Below, one piece after another: positions 47,497 to 56,872 of a stretch of 64,000 bases of DNA. Positions within the stretch are counted from its first letter, which is position 1; each line of letters opens with the position of its first letter. Both the position numbers and the translations under genes were made by a program. This stretch comes from Opitutia bacterium. Its GTDB lineage: Bacteria > Verrucomicrobiota > Verrucomicrobiia > Opitutales > T3Sed10-336. The DNA is taken from positions 58,837 to 122,836 of the forward strand of contig JBJHCF010000007.1 in assembly GCA_050506795.1 (NCBI GenBank), in the 5' to 3' direction. The notes beneath the pieces were generated by a model. It was not told the origin of the DNA. It saw only the letters and a program-made list of their open reading frames with translations, and made no database searches.

Positions 47497-48447
47497 ATGA
47501 CCTGGACGAAAACACATCTTGTCGGCATTGAGGACCTGACGAAGGAGGAACTGGAAACCATTTTCCGCGTGACCGCCGCCTTCAAGGGCATCCTTGGCCG
47601 GTCGGTCAAGAAGGTCCCCGCCCTGCGCGGGAAAACCGTCGTCAATCTCTTCCTCGAACCGAGCACCCGCACGCGGGTGGCGTTCGAGGTCGCCGCCAAG
47701 CGGCTGAGCGCCGACGTGGTCACAATCACCGGATCCGCCAGCAGCGTGATCAAAGGCGAAACCCTGCGCGACACCGCACTCAACATCCAGGCGCTAAATG
47801 CCGACATTCTGGTGATCCGTCACACCGCCGCCGGGTCGCCGGCCTACCTTTCCCGCCTGACCCGTATTCCGGTCATCAACGCCGGAGACGGCGCGCATGA
47901 GCATCCCACCCAGGCGCTCCTGGACTGTTTCACCATGCGGGAACACCTGGGAGATCTGAAAGGCAAAAAGGTCACCATCCTGGGAGACATTCTCTTCAGC
48001 CGCGTGGCCCGCTCAAACATCTGGGCGCTGACCAAACTGGGGGCGGATGTCACCGTGGCGGGCCCGTCCACGCTCGTCCCGGAAACCTTCGCCCGCTTCG
48101 GGGTCACTGTCTCGCACGACCTTCGATCCGCTCTGGCGGAAGCCGACGTTGTCATGTTGCTGCGGATACAGCATGAACGGCAGTCGAGCACGCACTTTCC
48201 GTCACTGGGAGAATACACCAGCATGTTCGGGTTGAATAAAACCCGGGCGTCGTGGTTGAAACCGGAGGCGATCATCATGCACCCCGGCCCCATCAATCGC
48301 GGAGTGGAAATCGATTCCGAACTGGCCGACTCCGGCCGTTCGGTGATCCTGCAGCAGGTCACCAACGGAATCGCGGCACGAATGGCGGTCTTATACCTTT
48401 GCTCCGGCGGCTCGCCGGAAGTGCTCGGAGAAAACGAAGATGGATAA
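47497..48447 (+). CDS. pyrB: Aspartate carbamoyltransferase catalytic subunit
   Basis: EPSTRT, KGETL.DT, NAGDG.HEHPTQ, SRVARSN, LRIQHER, HPGPINRGVE. Confidence 0.97.
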   Translation: MTWTKTHLVGIEDLTKEELETIFRVTAAFKGILGRSVKKVPALRGKTVVNLFLEPSTRTRVAFEVAAKRLSADVVTITGSASSVIKGETLRDTALNIQALNADILVIRHTAAGSPAYLSRLTRIPVINAGDGAHEHPTQALLDCFTMREHLGDLKGKKVTILGDILFSRVARSNIWALTKLGADVTVAGPSTLVPETFARFGVTVSHDLRSALAEADVVMLLRIQHERQSSTHFPSLGEYTSMFGLNKTRASWLKPEAIIMHPGPINRGVEIDSELADSGRSVILQQVTNGIAARMAVLYLCSGGSPEVLGENEDG

Positions 48448-49744
48448 ACGGGCGATCTGGATCAGGAACGGGCGGGTGATCGATCCGGCTTCCGGACGGG
48501 ACGAAGTCGGCGATGTGTTTGTCGCCGGCGGAATCATCCGGGACCGTTTGACACCGGCGCAACAAAAAGACGTGCACGAAATTGATGCCTCGGGTCTCGT
48601 GGTTTGCCCGGGGCTGGTCGATATTCACGTACATCTGCGCGAACCGGGGCAGACCCACAAGGAGACCATCGGCACCGGCAGCCGGGCGGCGGCGGCCGGG
48701 GGTTTCACCACCATTGTCTGCATGCCCAACACCTCGCCGCCCGCCGACAATGCGGGGACGATTCAGTACATCCTGGACACCATTCGCCGCGACGCGGTGG
48801 TGAACGTTTTCCCCACCGGCTGCATCACCGAAAAAATGGAAGGCCAAAACCTGGCCCCGATCGGTTCCCTGAAGCGCGCGGGCGTAGTGGCGATCACGGA
48901 TGATGGTCTTTGTGTGCAGGACAATGAAATCATGCGCCGGGCGGTGGAGTACGCCGACATGTTCGGATTGCTGGTGATGGACCATTGCCAGGACGGCGCC
49001 CTCACCCGCAACGCGGTGATGAACGAAGGCTACTGGTCGATGCACCTGGGATTGAAGGGCTGGCCCGGAGCAGCGGAGGATGTCATTGTCTCGCGCAACG
49101 TCATCCTTTCGACCCTGACCGGCGCACGAATCCATTGCCAGCACATCAGCTCGGCGAACGCGGTGGATATCATTCGTCGGGCCAAGCAGCGCGGCGTCTC
49201 GATCACCGCGGAAGCCTGTCCCCACCATCTTGCACTCACCGACGCCGAACTGAAAAGCTACGACACCCATTTCAAAATGAACCCGCCGCTGCGAACCGAG
49301 GAGGACCGCAAGGCGCTCATCGAAGGCATCAAAGACGGCACCCTGGATTGCGTGGCCACCGACCACGCGCCCCACACCGATTACGAGAAAGACCAGGAGT
49401 TCGACTACGCGCCGTTTGGCATCATCGGCCTGGAAACCGCACTGGCGGTCACCCTGGAGTCCCTGTACCACAGCGGCGAACTCTCGCTGCCAAACACGCT
49501 CGACCTGCTGACCCGCAAACCGGCGAACATCGTTCGGCTGGAAAAAGGCACCCTGGCCAAAGGAGCCGACGCGGACATCACCCTTTTCGACCCCGACGAA
49601 ACGTGGGAGGTGGACCCGACCCGCTTTTTCAGCAAATCCGCCAATTCTCCCTGGAACTACCGGTCTCTGAAGGGACGGGTGAAGACCACGATCGTCGGAG
49701 GAAAAATCGTCTACCACAACGGGAAAATCCCTGACGATGGCTGA
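48440..49744 (+). CDS. pyrC: Dihydroorotase
   Basis: DIHVHLREPG, MPNT.P, CPHHL, KMNPPLR, ATDHAPH, PFGIIGLE. Confidence 0.96.
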   Translation: MDKRAIWIRNGRVIDPASGRDEVGDVFVAGGIIRDRLTPAQQKDVHEIDASGLVVCPGLVDIHVHLREPGQTHKETIGTGSRAAAAGGFTTIVCMPNTSPPADNAGTIQYILDTIRRDAVVNVFPTGCITEKMEGQNLAPIGSLKRAGVVAITDDGLCVQDNEIMRRAVEYADMFGLLVMDHCQDGALTRNAVMNEGYWSMHLGLKGWPGAAEDVIVSRNVILSTLTGARIHCQHISSANAVDIIRRAKQRGVSITAEACPHHLALTDAELKSYDTHFKMNPPLRTEEDRKALIEGIKDGTLDCVATDHAPHTDYEKDQEFDYAPFGIIGLETALAVTLESLYHSGELSLPNTLDLLTRKPANIVRLEKGTLAKGADADITLFDPDETWEVDPTRFFSKSANSPWNYRSLKGRVKTTIVGGKIVYHNGKIPDDG

Positions 49745-50570
49745 AGATCCGCCGTTCATCGTCGGCGTTTACGCGACTTTTCTGCTCCTCGGAGGTCTTG
49801 TCGCGTTGCTGCATTGCATGCACCGCCGCCTTTTTCTGCTTGCGGAAACCCGGGTGCCGATCTGGAGAATCTCCCCTGGTGATTTCAGCGCCTTCGTCGG
49901 GGCACTGATCCTGGTTTTTGTGTTGGTGCAATTGATCCTGGCAGCCATGTTGCCGGAGACCGCCGCGGAGGAACGGCTTCCGCCCCACCAAATGCTGATC
50001 GCCGGCGCCCTCAGCCAACTTACCTTCCTGGCGGTCTGGGCATTTTTCCGGTTAAATTTCCCCGAGCGCTTTCGTGGGTCGCTCAGTTCGCAATCACTGA
50101 CCTGGAGTCGGGCGGCTGTTCTTGGGGTATATGCGTTCTTCGCTTTCATACCGGTGTTCATGGCGATCAACATCGCCTGGACCGAAGCACTGCAATTGGT
50201 GCTACCCGAAGCGCTTCGACAACAGGAAATGGTTGTCATCCTGCGGGAGAGTCAATCGGTTGCGTTGCTGACCGGACTCTTTTTTCTGCTCGTCATTCTG
50301 GCGCCGGTCGCCGAAGAAATTATCTTTCGCGGCTGCCTCTACCGTTTCCTTAAAGGCACCATGTCGATGACCGGCGCCGTTCTGCTTTCGTCGCTCCTGT
50401 TCGGCGCCATTCACCTGCACCTGGCCGGCCTGCCGGTTCTGATCGCCTTCGGCGCCGTCCTCTGCCTGGTTTACGAACGCACCGGCAGCCTCAAGGCGCC
50501 CATTTTGCTGCACTCGTTTTTCAATCTTAATACCTTCGTGATCACGGTCATGCAATCGACCTTCCAGTAG
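49737..50570 (+). CDS. CPBP (CAAX/Abi) family intramembrane metalloprotease
   Basis: APVAEEIIFRG, FGAIH, H...N motifs, multiple TM helices. Confidence 0.9.
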   Translation: MAEDPPFIVGVYATFLLLGGLVALLHCMHRRLFLLAETRVPIWRISPGDFSAFVGALILVFVLVQLILAAMLPETAAEERLPPHQMLIAGALSQLTFLAVWAFFRLNFPERFRGSLSSQSLTWSRAAVLGVYAFFAFIPVFMAINIAWTEALQLVLPEALRQQEMVVILRESQSVALLTGLFFLLVILAPVAEEIIFRGCLYRFLKGTMSMTGAVLLSSLLFGAIHLHLAGLPVLIAFGAVLCLVYERTGSLKAPILLHSFFNLNTFVITVMQSTFQ

Positions 50571-50682
50571 CGTGCCGTCCGCGTCCAAACGGGTATGAAG
50601 AAAATCCTCATTGAACGGCCGTCCGATCCCGCAATGATGTGGGGGGTGATCGCCCGGACAAACCTGGCGCGACCGCTGGCAC

Positions 50683-51693
50683 ATGACATTTACGGAACTG
50701 GCATTCTCCACCGATGGACGGATTGATCGGGCCACCTTCTGGAAAACCCTGGTGGTTCTGATTCTAATCGGCTGGATCGGCTACCTGCTTGCTTTTCAAG
50801 CCGGCGGCTGGGCGCAACCGATCGGATTCCTGGTACTCGCCGCTTTGATAGGGCCGATCGTGACCGTCTGCGCCAAACGCTGGCACGATCTCGGCCGCTC
50901 CGCCTGGTGGGTATTGCTTTTGCTGGCGCCCGGGATCGGACTGCTGATCACCCTGGCGATCCTCGGCTTCCGGGCGGGTGAAAACGGTCCCAATGATTTC
51001 GGCTACCCGATGGCCGCCGAGGATCGACATCCCGGCCGGAGGACGGGCGGAACCACATGGCGTCCGGAAACCCGCCTCCTTTCGGAAGGGGAGGCGGACC
51101 TGATGGCCATGCTGGCCAAGCTGGCCAAATGCGACGGCCCGATCACCCCGGCGGAAATCGGCACGGTAAATCGTTTTCTGCATGAGGACCTCGCCCTGGG
51201 AAACGAAGCGTGCCAGGAAGCGATCCGCACCTTCCGCATGGCCCGGGATTCCCACGCCACTTTCGAAATCCACCTCCGTCGCTATCAAAGGCGACACGCC
51301 GAAGACCCCCACCTCCTGGCCAGGGCGGTGGATCTGCTTTCCCTGCTTGCCGTGTCCGACGGCAGGTTGACGCGGCGCGAAGCGCTTTTTCTGGATCTGG
51401 CGGTGGCGGTTTTCGGGGTCAGCAGCGCCCGGTATTTCGAATGCAAGTACGGCGAACCCGGGCCGCGCGTCGACGCCACCACAGTCCCGGAGGAAAAGGA
51501 ATTCGCCCGCACCCTCGGACTGAGCGGCCGGGTCTCGCGCGGAGAAATTCGCAAAGCCTACCGGGGTCTCGTCGGTCAATATCATCCGGACAAGGTCTCC
51601 CACCTCGGACCCCGGTTGAAAGAAGTCGCCGACCAGGAGATCAAAAAGATCAACCAGGCCTACGAGTATTTCCGGAAAAAATACGACCTGTAA
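50683..51693 (+). CDS. DUF805 - TerB-like - DnaJ-domain fusion (DjlA-like)
   Basis: GRIDRATFW..KRWHDLGRS..N.FG (DUF805); LAKCDG.I...E and LAVSDG...E (TerB); KAYR....YHPDK...INQAYE (J domain). Confidence 0.82.
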   Translation: MTFTELAFSTDGRIDRATFWKTLVVLILIGWIGYLLAFQAGGWAQPIGFLVLAALIGPIVTVCAKRWHDLGRSAWWVLLLLAPGIGLLITLAILGFRAGENGPNDFGYPMAAEDRHPGRRTGGTTWRPETRLLSEGEADLMAMLAKLAKCDGPITPAEIGTVNRFLHEDLALGNEACQEAIRTFRMARDSHATFEIHLRRYQRRHAEDPHLLARAVDLLSLLAVSDGRLTRREALFLDLAVAVFGVSSARYFECKYGEPGPRVDATTVPEEKEFARTLGLSGRVSRGEIRKAYRGLVGQYHPDKVSHLGPRLKEVADQEIKKINQAYEYFRKKYDL

Positions 51694-51755
51694 GATTGGT
51701 GTGGGATGCAGGCGGGGCCAACGGACCGCCGGGTTCGCCCTCCGCGCCGCGGTCC

Positions 51756-51792
51756 AAAAAAATGCCGCCCGGCGCCGAATGGGCCGGGCGGC
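51756..51792 (-). terminator. Terminator after the Hsp20 pair
   Basis: Minus strand GCCGCCCGGC-loop-GCCGGGCGGC-ATTTTTTT. Confidence 0.75.
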
Positions 51793-51857
51793 TCGTCACT
51801 TCTCTCTTCCTTTGTCCCCCGAAGCAGCCTGCCTTCAGGGGACGGTTACGGATTGCA

Positions 51858-52262
51858 TTATTCGATCTTGATCTTGCGGCGCTGAGCCTGTTTGCCCTTC
51901 GGAAGGGTCAGGCGCAGCACGCCGTCCTTCAACTGGGCATGGACCTTTTCGGTTTCCAGCCCTTCCGGCAGACTCAGGTGCAGCCTGTAGTCCACGTCCG
52001 CGGTTTCAGACCAAACGGGAGTCCAATCGTCGGGTTTTTTCCAGGAACGAGCTGCGGTCAGCACCAGTTCCCGCCCCTCCACCGAGAGATTCAGGTCATC
52101 CCTGCGCACGCCGGGCAGGAGAATTTCCAGCCCGAACGCGTCGTCTGATTCCTTAATCTCATAATCGGGAGCAATCACCAGACGCTCGGTCACGCCGCGA
52201 TTCACTGGACGGGCTGCCAACTGTTCGTCCGGACGCGGTATCAGCTTTTTTCCAAAGGCCAT
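51858..52262 (-). CDS. Hsp20/alpha-crystallin small heat-shock protein
   Basis: LPGV, A.LKDGVLRLTLPK, RKIKI; GGAGG RBS. Confidence 0.9.
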   Translation of the reverse strand: MAFGKKLIPRPDEQLAARPVNRGVTERLVIAPDYEIKESDDAFGLEILLPGVRRDDLNLSVEGRELVLTAARSWKKPDDWTPVWSETADVDYRLHLSLPEGLETEKVHAQLKDGVLRLTLPKGKQAQRRKIKIE

Positions 52263-52297
52263 AACGTTTCCCTCCTTTCGAAGTTGGATGTTTTGCT

Positions 52298-52777
52298 TTA
52301 TTTGCCTTCTTCAATCATCACCCGCCGGGCTCGAGCTTCCTCTCGCTTGGGCAGAGTGACGGTCAAGACGCCGTCCTCGTACGCGGCCTTCACATGGTCT
52401 TCCGCAATCGCTTCCGGCAGACGCACGCTGCGGCGGACTTCGAAGGAACGCTCTTCCTCGCCGTCATCACCAAAACCCCGGCGAGATCCGGAGACCGTTA
52501 GGATGCCACGTTCCATTTCGACATTGATGGCGTCCTTTTCCATGCCCGGAAGATCCATCCGCACATAGAAGTTTTCACCGTCCTCGTAAAGGTCGGTGGC
52601 CGGGCGCCCCGACAGCAAACGATCACTCCGATAGCCGAAGAAATCGTCGTCGAAAGCAGAATTAAACAACCGGTCGAAATTCCGGGCCCAATCGCTCAAC
52701 CGCGGCCAACCGCTGTGAAAGAACGGGTCGCGATGGGAAAACAAGGCTCCGGGCAGATTGCTCTCAATCAGTCTCAT
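52298..52777 (-). CDS. Hsp20/alpha-crystallin small heat-shock protein
   Basis: PATDLYE, DLPG, RSVRLP, AAYEDGVLTVTLPK; AAAGGAGG RBS. Confidence 0.92.
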   Translation of the reverse strand: MRLIESNLPGALFSHRDPFFHSGWPRLSDWARNFDRLFNSAFDDDFFGYRSDRLLSGRPATDLYEDGENFYVRMDLPGMEKDAINVEMERGILTVSGSRRGFGDDGEEERSFEVRRSVRLPEAIAEDHVKAAYEDGVLTVTLPKREEARARRVMIEEGK

Positions 52778-52854
52778 AAACAAACACCTCCTTTCGCATG
52801 AGTTTAATGGTCTGATTCGGGCTCACCACCAATTGGCAAACCCACTTAATAAAA

Positions 52855-52871
52855 AGCTTATGGCATGCCAG
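52855..52871 (-). promoter_or_regulatory. Candidate sigma-54 (-24/-12) promoter for the Hsp20 genes
   Basis: Minus strand CTGGCATGCCATAAGCT has GG-N10-GC spacing, ~78 bp upstream of the ATG; AAGC instead of TTGC at -12. Confidence 0.5.
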
Positions 52872-52974
52872 AGAACTGATTTCACAGGTGACTGAGATTC
52901 GCCAACTTGCGAAACCGGTCCAGGCGCGCCTTGGAGCGGTTTGACACACCAAATCCCATACGCAGTGTCAAGAT

Positions 52975-53030
52975 GACTCAAAGGACTCAGGTCGGACGGG
53001 TCGGTCGGATCGGTCCGATCCGACCGATCC
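52975..53030. repeat. Short-period repeat with a perfect 13-bp palindrome
   Basis: GACTCA-AAG-GACTCA then TCGGTCGGATCGG-T-CCGATCCGACCGA (53001-53027). Confidence 0.7.
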
Positions 53031-53087
53031 CTCTTCCCCCCTGCGAGCTTGACGCCCGGCGTCGATTGGGGATTGGATAACCCGCTT

Positions 53088-54599
53088 ATGGCAAGCCAGT
53101 CCGCATCCGCTTCGTCTCCCACCATGGAAACCATCGTGGCTCTGTGCCGCCGGCGAGGTTTCATTTTCCAATCGTCGGAAATCTACGGAGGGGCGAACGG
53201 TTTTTTTGATTACGGACCGCTGGGCGCGGAGCTGCGGCGCAACATCAAAGAAGCCTGGTGGAAGGACTTCGTGCAGCGGCGCGACGACATCGTCGGCCTC
53301 GACTCCTCCATCATTCACCATCCAAAAACCTGGGAAGCTTCCGGCCACGTGGACAACTTCACCGACCCCCTGGTCGACTGCAAGGCCTCCAAGCAGCGCT
53401 TTCGGGCGGACCAGTTGTTCTTCGCGCCGGTGGTGGTGAACGGGGAAATCATCGGCTACGTCTCCGGCCTGGAAAGCGACCGCACGGAAAGCGAGTTGCA
53501 GGCGGCGGCGGAGAAACTGAAACGCAAGAAGGCCGTGCAGGGAGAGCTGGAACCCCTGCGCTTACGGGACTTTACCGAGGCGACTCCCGAGGAGATTCCA
53601 CTGGTTCCTTCGCCCGCCACCGGCGAGCCCGGGAGCCTGACGCCCCCGCGATCGTTCAACATGATGTTCGAGACCCACATCGGGGCGTTGCGGGACGGCT
53701 CCTCCGTGGCCTACCTGCGTCCGGAAACGGCCCAGGGCATCTTCATCAATTTCCGCAACGTGGTGGATTCCGGCCGGGTCAAAATTCCCTTCGGCATCGC
53801 CCAGATCGGCAAAGCCTTCCGCAACGAAATCAATCCGCGAAACTTCATCTTCCGGTCGCGGGAATTCGAGCAGATGGAAATCGAGTATTTCATCGCTCCG
53901 GACGACAACTGGCAGGCACGCCACCGCGAGTGGATTGACGCCGGCGTCGAATGGCTCGAGTCCATCGGCATCCCCCGGCAGGCCATCAGCGAATACGAGC
54001 ACCCCAGGGAGAAACTTTCCCACTATTCCAAAGGGACGGTGGACCTCATGTTCGCGTTTCCCTTCGGCGTGCAGGAACTTTGGGGGTTCGCCGCCCGGGG
54101 AGACTACGATTTAACCCAGCATCAGAAATTCAGCGGCAAACCGATGGAGATCTTCGACGAGGCCTCGAAGAGCAAATTCATCCCTCACGTCATCGAACCC
54201 AGCGTCGGTGTCGACCGCATTCTCCTCGCCGCCCTTTGCTCCGCCTACGCCGAGGAGGAAGTTGAAGGCGAGAAACGAACCGTGCTGCGTCTCAGTCCCC
54301 GCATCGCCCCGGTGAAAATCGCGGTGTTCCCGTTGGTGAAGAACAAGCCTGAACTGGTGGCTGCCGCGGAAAACCTTTATCGTTCGTTGCAGAGAAAGTA
54401 CGCCGCGTTCTGGGATACCTCCGGCGCCATCGGAAGGCGCTACCGGCGTATGGATGAAATTGGGACGCCGTTCTGCGTGACCGTCGATTTCCAGACCCTG
54501 GAGGACGGAACCTTCACTCTGCGCGACCGGGACAGCATGGAGCAGAAACGCATTCGCAACGAGGAGCTTTTCCCGCTATTGGAGGACGCGGTGGATTGA
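53088..54599 (+). CDS. glyQS: Glycine--tRNA ligase, alpha2 (eukaryote/archaea-type)
   Basis: [62 protein letters not shown]. Confidence 0.95.
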   Translation: MASQSASASSPTMETIVALCRRRGFIFQSSEIYGGANGFFDYGPLGAELRRNIKEAWWKDFVQRRDDIVGLDSSIIHHPKTWEASGHVDNFTDPLVDCKASKQRFRADQLFFAPVVVNGEIIGYVSGLESDRTESELQAAAEKLKRKKAVQGELEPLRLRDFTEATPEEIPLVPSPATGEPGSLTPPRSFNMMFETHIGALRDGSSVAYLRPETAQGIFINFRNVVDSGRVKIPFGIAQIGKAFRNEINPRNFIFRSREFEQMEIEYFIAPDDNWQARHREWIDAGVEWLESIGIPRQAISEYEHPREKLSHYSKGTVDLMFAFPFGVQELWGFAARGDYDLTQHQKFSGKPMEIFDEASKSKFIPHVIEPSVGVDRILLAALCSAYAEEEVEGEKRTVLRLSPRIAPVKIAVFPLVKNKPELVAAAENLYRSLQRKYAAFWDTSGAIGRRYRRMDEIGTPFCVTVDFQTLEDGTFTLRDRDSMEQKRIRNEELFPLLEDAVD

Positions 54600-54907
54600 A
54601 TTCCCGGAACCGGAATTCAGTCCTTCACCGGTCGGTGTGACAAATTCACATTATTTTTAACCCGCGCCTTCCGGCGCCGTTCGGGCCCTCCAAGGCTGGA
54701 AGGCGCTTAATCAAAGGGACGTGAGACACACGACCCCGCTGAACCGAACGTAATCGCGGCCCGCCGGGATCCCGCTTTCCACTTGACCGGAAAGCAAGTG
54801 TTCGTGAAGCTTTTGACCTGTATCGGGATCCCGAACACCCGTTGCTTCGAGCTGCGGGAGTCTTTGTCGGCCCACGATTCCGGGCAGAGATATTTCTACA
54901 CTCTCAG

Positions 54908-55798
54908 ATGGCGCGTAAAATCAGCTTCCTCAATTATAAGGGCGGGGTGGGGAAAACCTCCCTGATTGTCAATCTCGCCTCTTGTCTGGCAATGCAGGGC
55001 AAGCGGGTCCTTCTTTGCGATTTGGACACCCAATCCAACGCCAGCATTTGGCTCTTGCGCCTCGATCGCTGGAACAAAATCAACAGTTCCGGAGAAGGGG
55101 CGGTTTATTCCATCTTCAATCCGGGCAACGCTACCCTGGCCGACTGCCTGGTTCGCGACGTGGCGGAGGACAAAAACGGCGACAAGCTCATTCCGGGGCT
55201 CGATCTGATTCCGACCACTTTCAACCTGGTGGATCTGGAAAGCGACCTGGAAAGCGGGAACCCTGAGCAACCCCCGTACTCGATTTTCCACGAGCAACTT
55301 CAAGCGCTGGAAGACCATTACGATTACATACTCTTCGACTGCCCGCCGAATATTCTGCGCGCATCCCAATGCGGTGTCTACAGCAGCAACGAAATCTACG
55401 TGCCCGCAAACCCCGACGCCCTGAGCCTGGTCGGATTCACTCTTCTGGTGGAAAAGTTACAGAAATTCCACCGCGCTTCCGCCAGCTTTCGCACCAGCGG
55501 CATGGGAGTCCCGGCCGAGATCCGCGGGATTATCTTCAATTCGATCAAGGGCAACGTGGATATCGAAGTCCCCAAAATCCGAATGCAACTTCGGTTGAAC
55601 CAGTTCCGAGCCCAGAAGAAGGTATCCGCCCAGGCCAAGATTTTCAGCGCCCAGGTTCGCGACGCCAACATCGTCCGGCGCGCCGTCACCCTGGGCCTTC
55701 CGGTGGCGCTGGTCGGCGAACAACGCACCGACGCCGAAAGCGTCGTCACTGATTATCAGGAAGTCGCCCAGGAACTCATCCGGCACGAACCCAATTAA
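54908..55798 (+). CDS. ParA/Soj-family ATPase (orphan)
   Basis: Deviant Walker A NYKGGVGKT, DLD.Q.NAS, YDYILFDCPP; no parB adjacent. Confidence 0.9.
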   Translation: MARKISFLNYKGGVGKTSLIVNLASCLAMQGKRVLLCDLDTQSNASIWLLRLDRWNKINSSGEGAVYSIFNPGNATLADCLVRDVAEDKNGDKLIPGLDLIPTTFNLVDLESDLESGNPEQPPYSIFHEQLQALEDHYDYILFDCPPNILRASQCGVYSSNEIYVPANPDALSLVGFTLLVEKLQKFHRASASFRTSGMGVPAEIRGIIFNSIKGNVDIEVPKIRMQLRLNQFRAQKKVSAQAKIFSAQVRDANIVRRAVTLGLPVALVGEQRTDAESVVTDYQEVAQELIRHEPN

Positions 55799-55819
55799 CC
55801 CGCCACGCCCAAACGTACC

Positions 55820-56827
55820 ATGTCTGAATTCGACGACGACAAGATCGAAAAACACCCGTCTCTTCACTGGGACAAGTTGCGCGCGAGCTTCCAGAGTTCG
55901 ATGCTGGTCGACACTCGCCTTTCCAGCCTGGCGGAAAGTCTGGACACGGAAAACTGGCCGATCAAAGGCAAAGAGGAAACCCCCGCGAAGTACGTTGATC
56001 TTACCTTCGACGAACTGCGGGAAACTCCTGAAATGCAGGCCAACCCCGAGCGGATACGGCTATTGATGGACATTCTGGAGGGCACTCTGGCGTTCGACGA
56101 TCCTTTCGGGGAAATGGTCCAGGCCGAGGAAGCCAACGCCTCCGGCGACAACGAAGTGCTGAAAAACCTCGGCCGCCTGCAAATCGCTCCCGAGTTTCCC
56201 CTGGCGCTGATTAATCTCTCCCCGGAATCAAAATCACTCTGCGCCAATCAGAAACTGAATACGCTGGAGGAATTCGCTGCGTTTTCGCAGAACATGGCGC
56301 AACACATTGTGCTGGCGGGTGATTTTCGCCGTCTGCTCAACGCGCTGATCCATGTCGACGAAAAAACGATCGCCGGTTACCTTCCCTTCCGGCCGGGAAA
56401 CAAGGGCCTGCACTTGCCGGAAGCGATCGCCCTGCTGATCGATCCGCTTTCCACGGAAGAGCGCCTGGGCTTATACCGCCGTTACGGTGGCCAATTGGGA
56501 ATCGAGGAACAGGGCCTGGCCGAAAAGGCCGGACGCCAACGCCTGAACGACGTCGAAGCCGACCTGCGCGAGCAATTGCAGCCGGTTTTTGCCTGGTTTA
56601 CCCAGGAACGGGACGATCTGCGTTCCGCCCTGGATTACGGTCAGCCCATCGACCGGTTTTTCGTCCCGATCAACGACCCGGTGAAGGAAACCATCGCGGT
56701 CCGCCTGGTTTCCGACACCCTGAAACGCGCGCCCGCACGCGGCGGCCTTTCCTCCGTTGAAACCGCCACCTCCACCCCGCGTCCCGGGGGCCTCGGCGCC
56801 CTGTGGAGAAAATTGCGCGGCAAGTAG
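55820..56827 (+). CDS. Hypothetical protein, possible alphaCTD/HhH-like segments and C-terminal amphipathic helix
   Basis: Long ORF 21 bp after parA; resemblance to RpoA-CTD and sigma region 4 judged by eye only. Confidence 0.7.
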   Translation: MSEFDDDKIEKHPSLHWDKLRASFQSSMLVDTRLSSLAESLDTENWPIKGKEETPAKYVDLTFDELRETPEMQANPERIRLLMDILEGTLAFDDPFGEMVQAEEANASGDNEVLKNLGRLQIAPEFPLALINLSPESKSLCANQKLNTLEEFAAFSQNMAQHIVLAGDFRRLLNALIHVDEKTIAGYLPFRPGNKGLHLPEAIALLIDPLSTEERLGLYRRYGGQLGIEEQGLAEKAGRQRLNDVEADLREQLQPVFAWFTQERDDLRSALDYGQPIDRFFVPINDPVKETIAVRLVSDTLKRAPARGGLSSVETATSTPRPGGLGALWRKLRGK

Positions 56828-56872
56828 CGACCGGATTATTCCCGGCCGTACACCTTTCATTCACACTGATTA

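Noticed and set aside
52832-52871. Possible CIRCE element before the Hsp20 genes
   Set aside because: TTGGCA...TGCCA spacing and sequence do not fit TTAGCACTC-N9-GAGTGCTAA; a sigma-54 reading fits better
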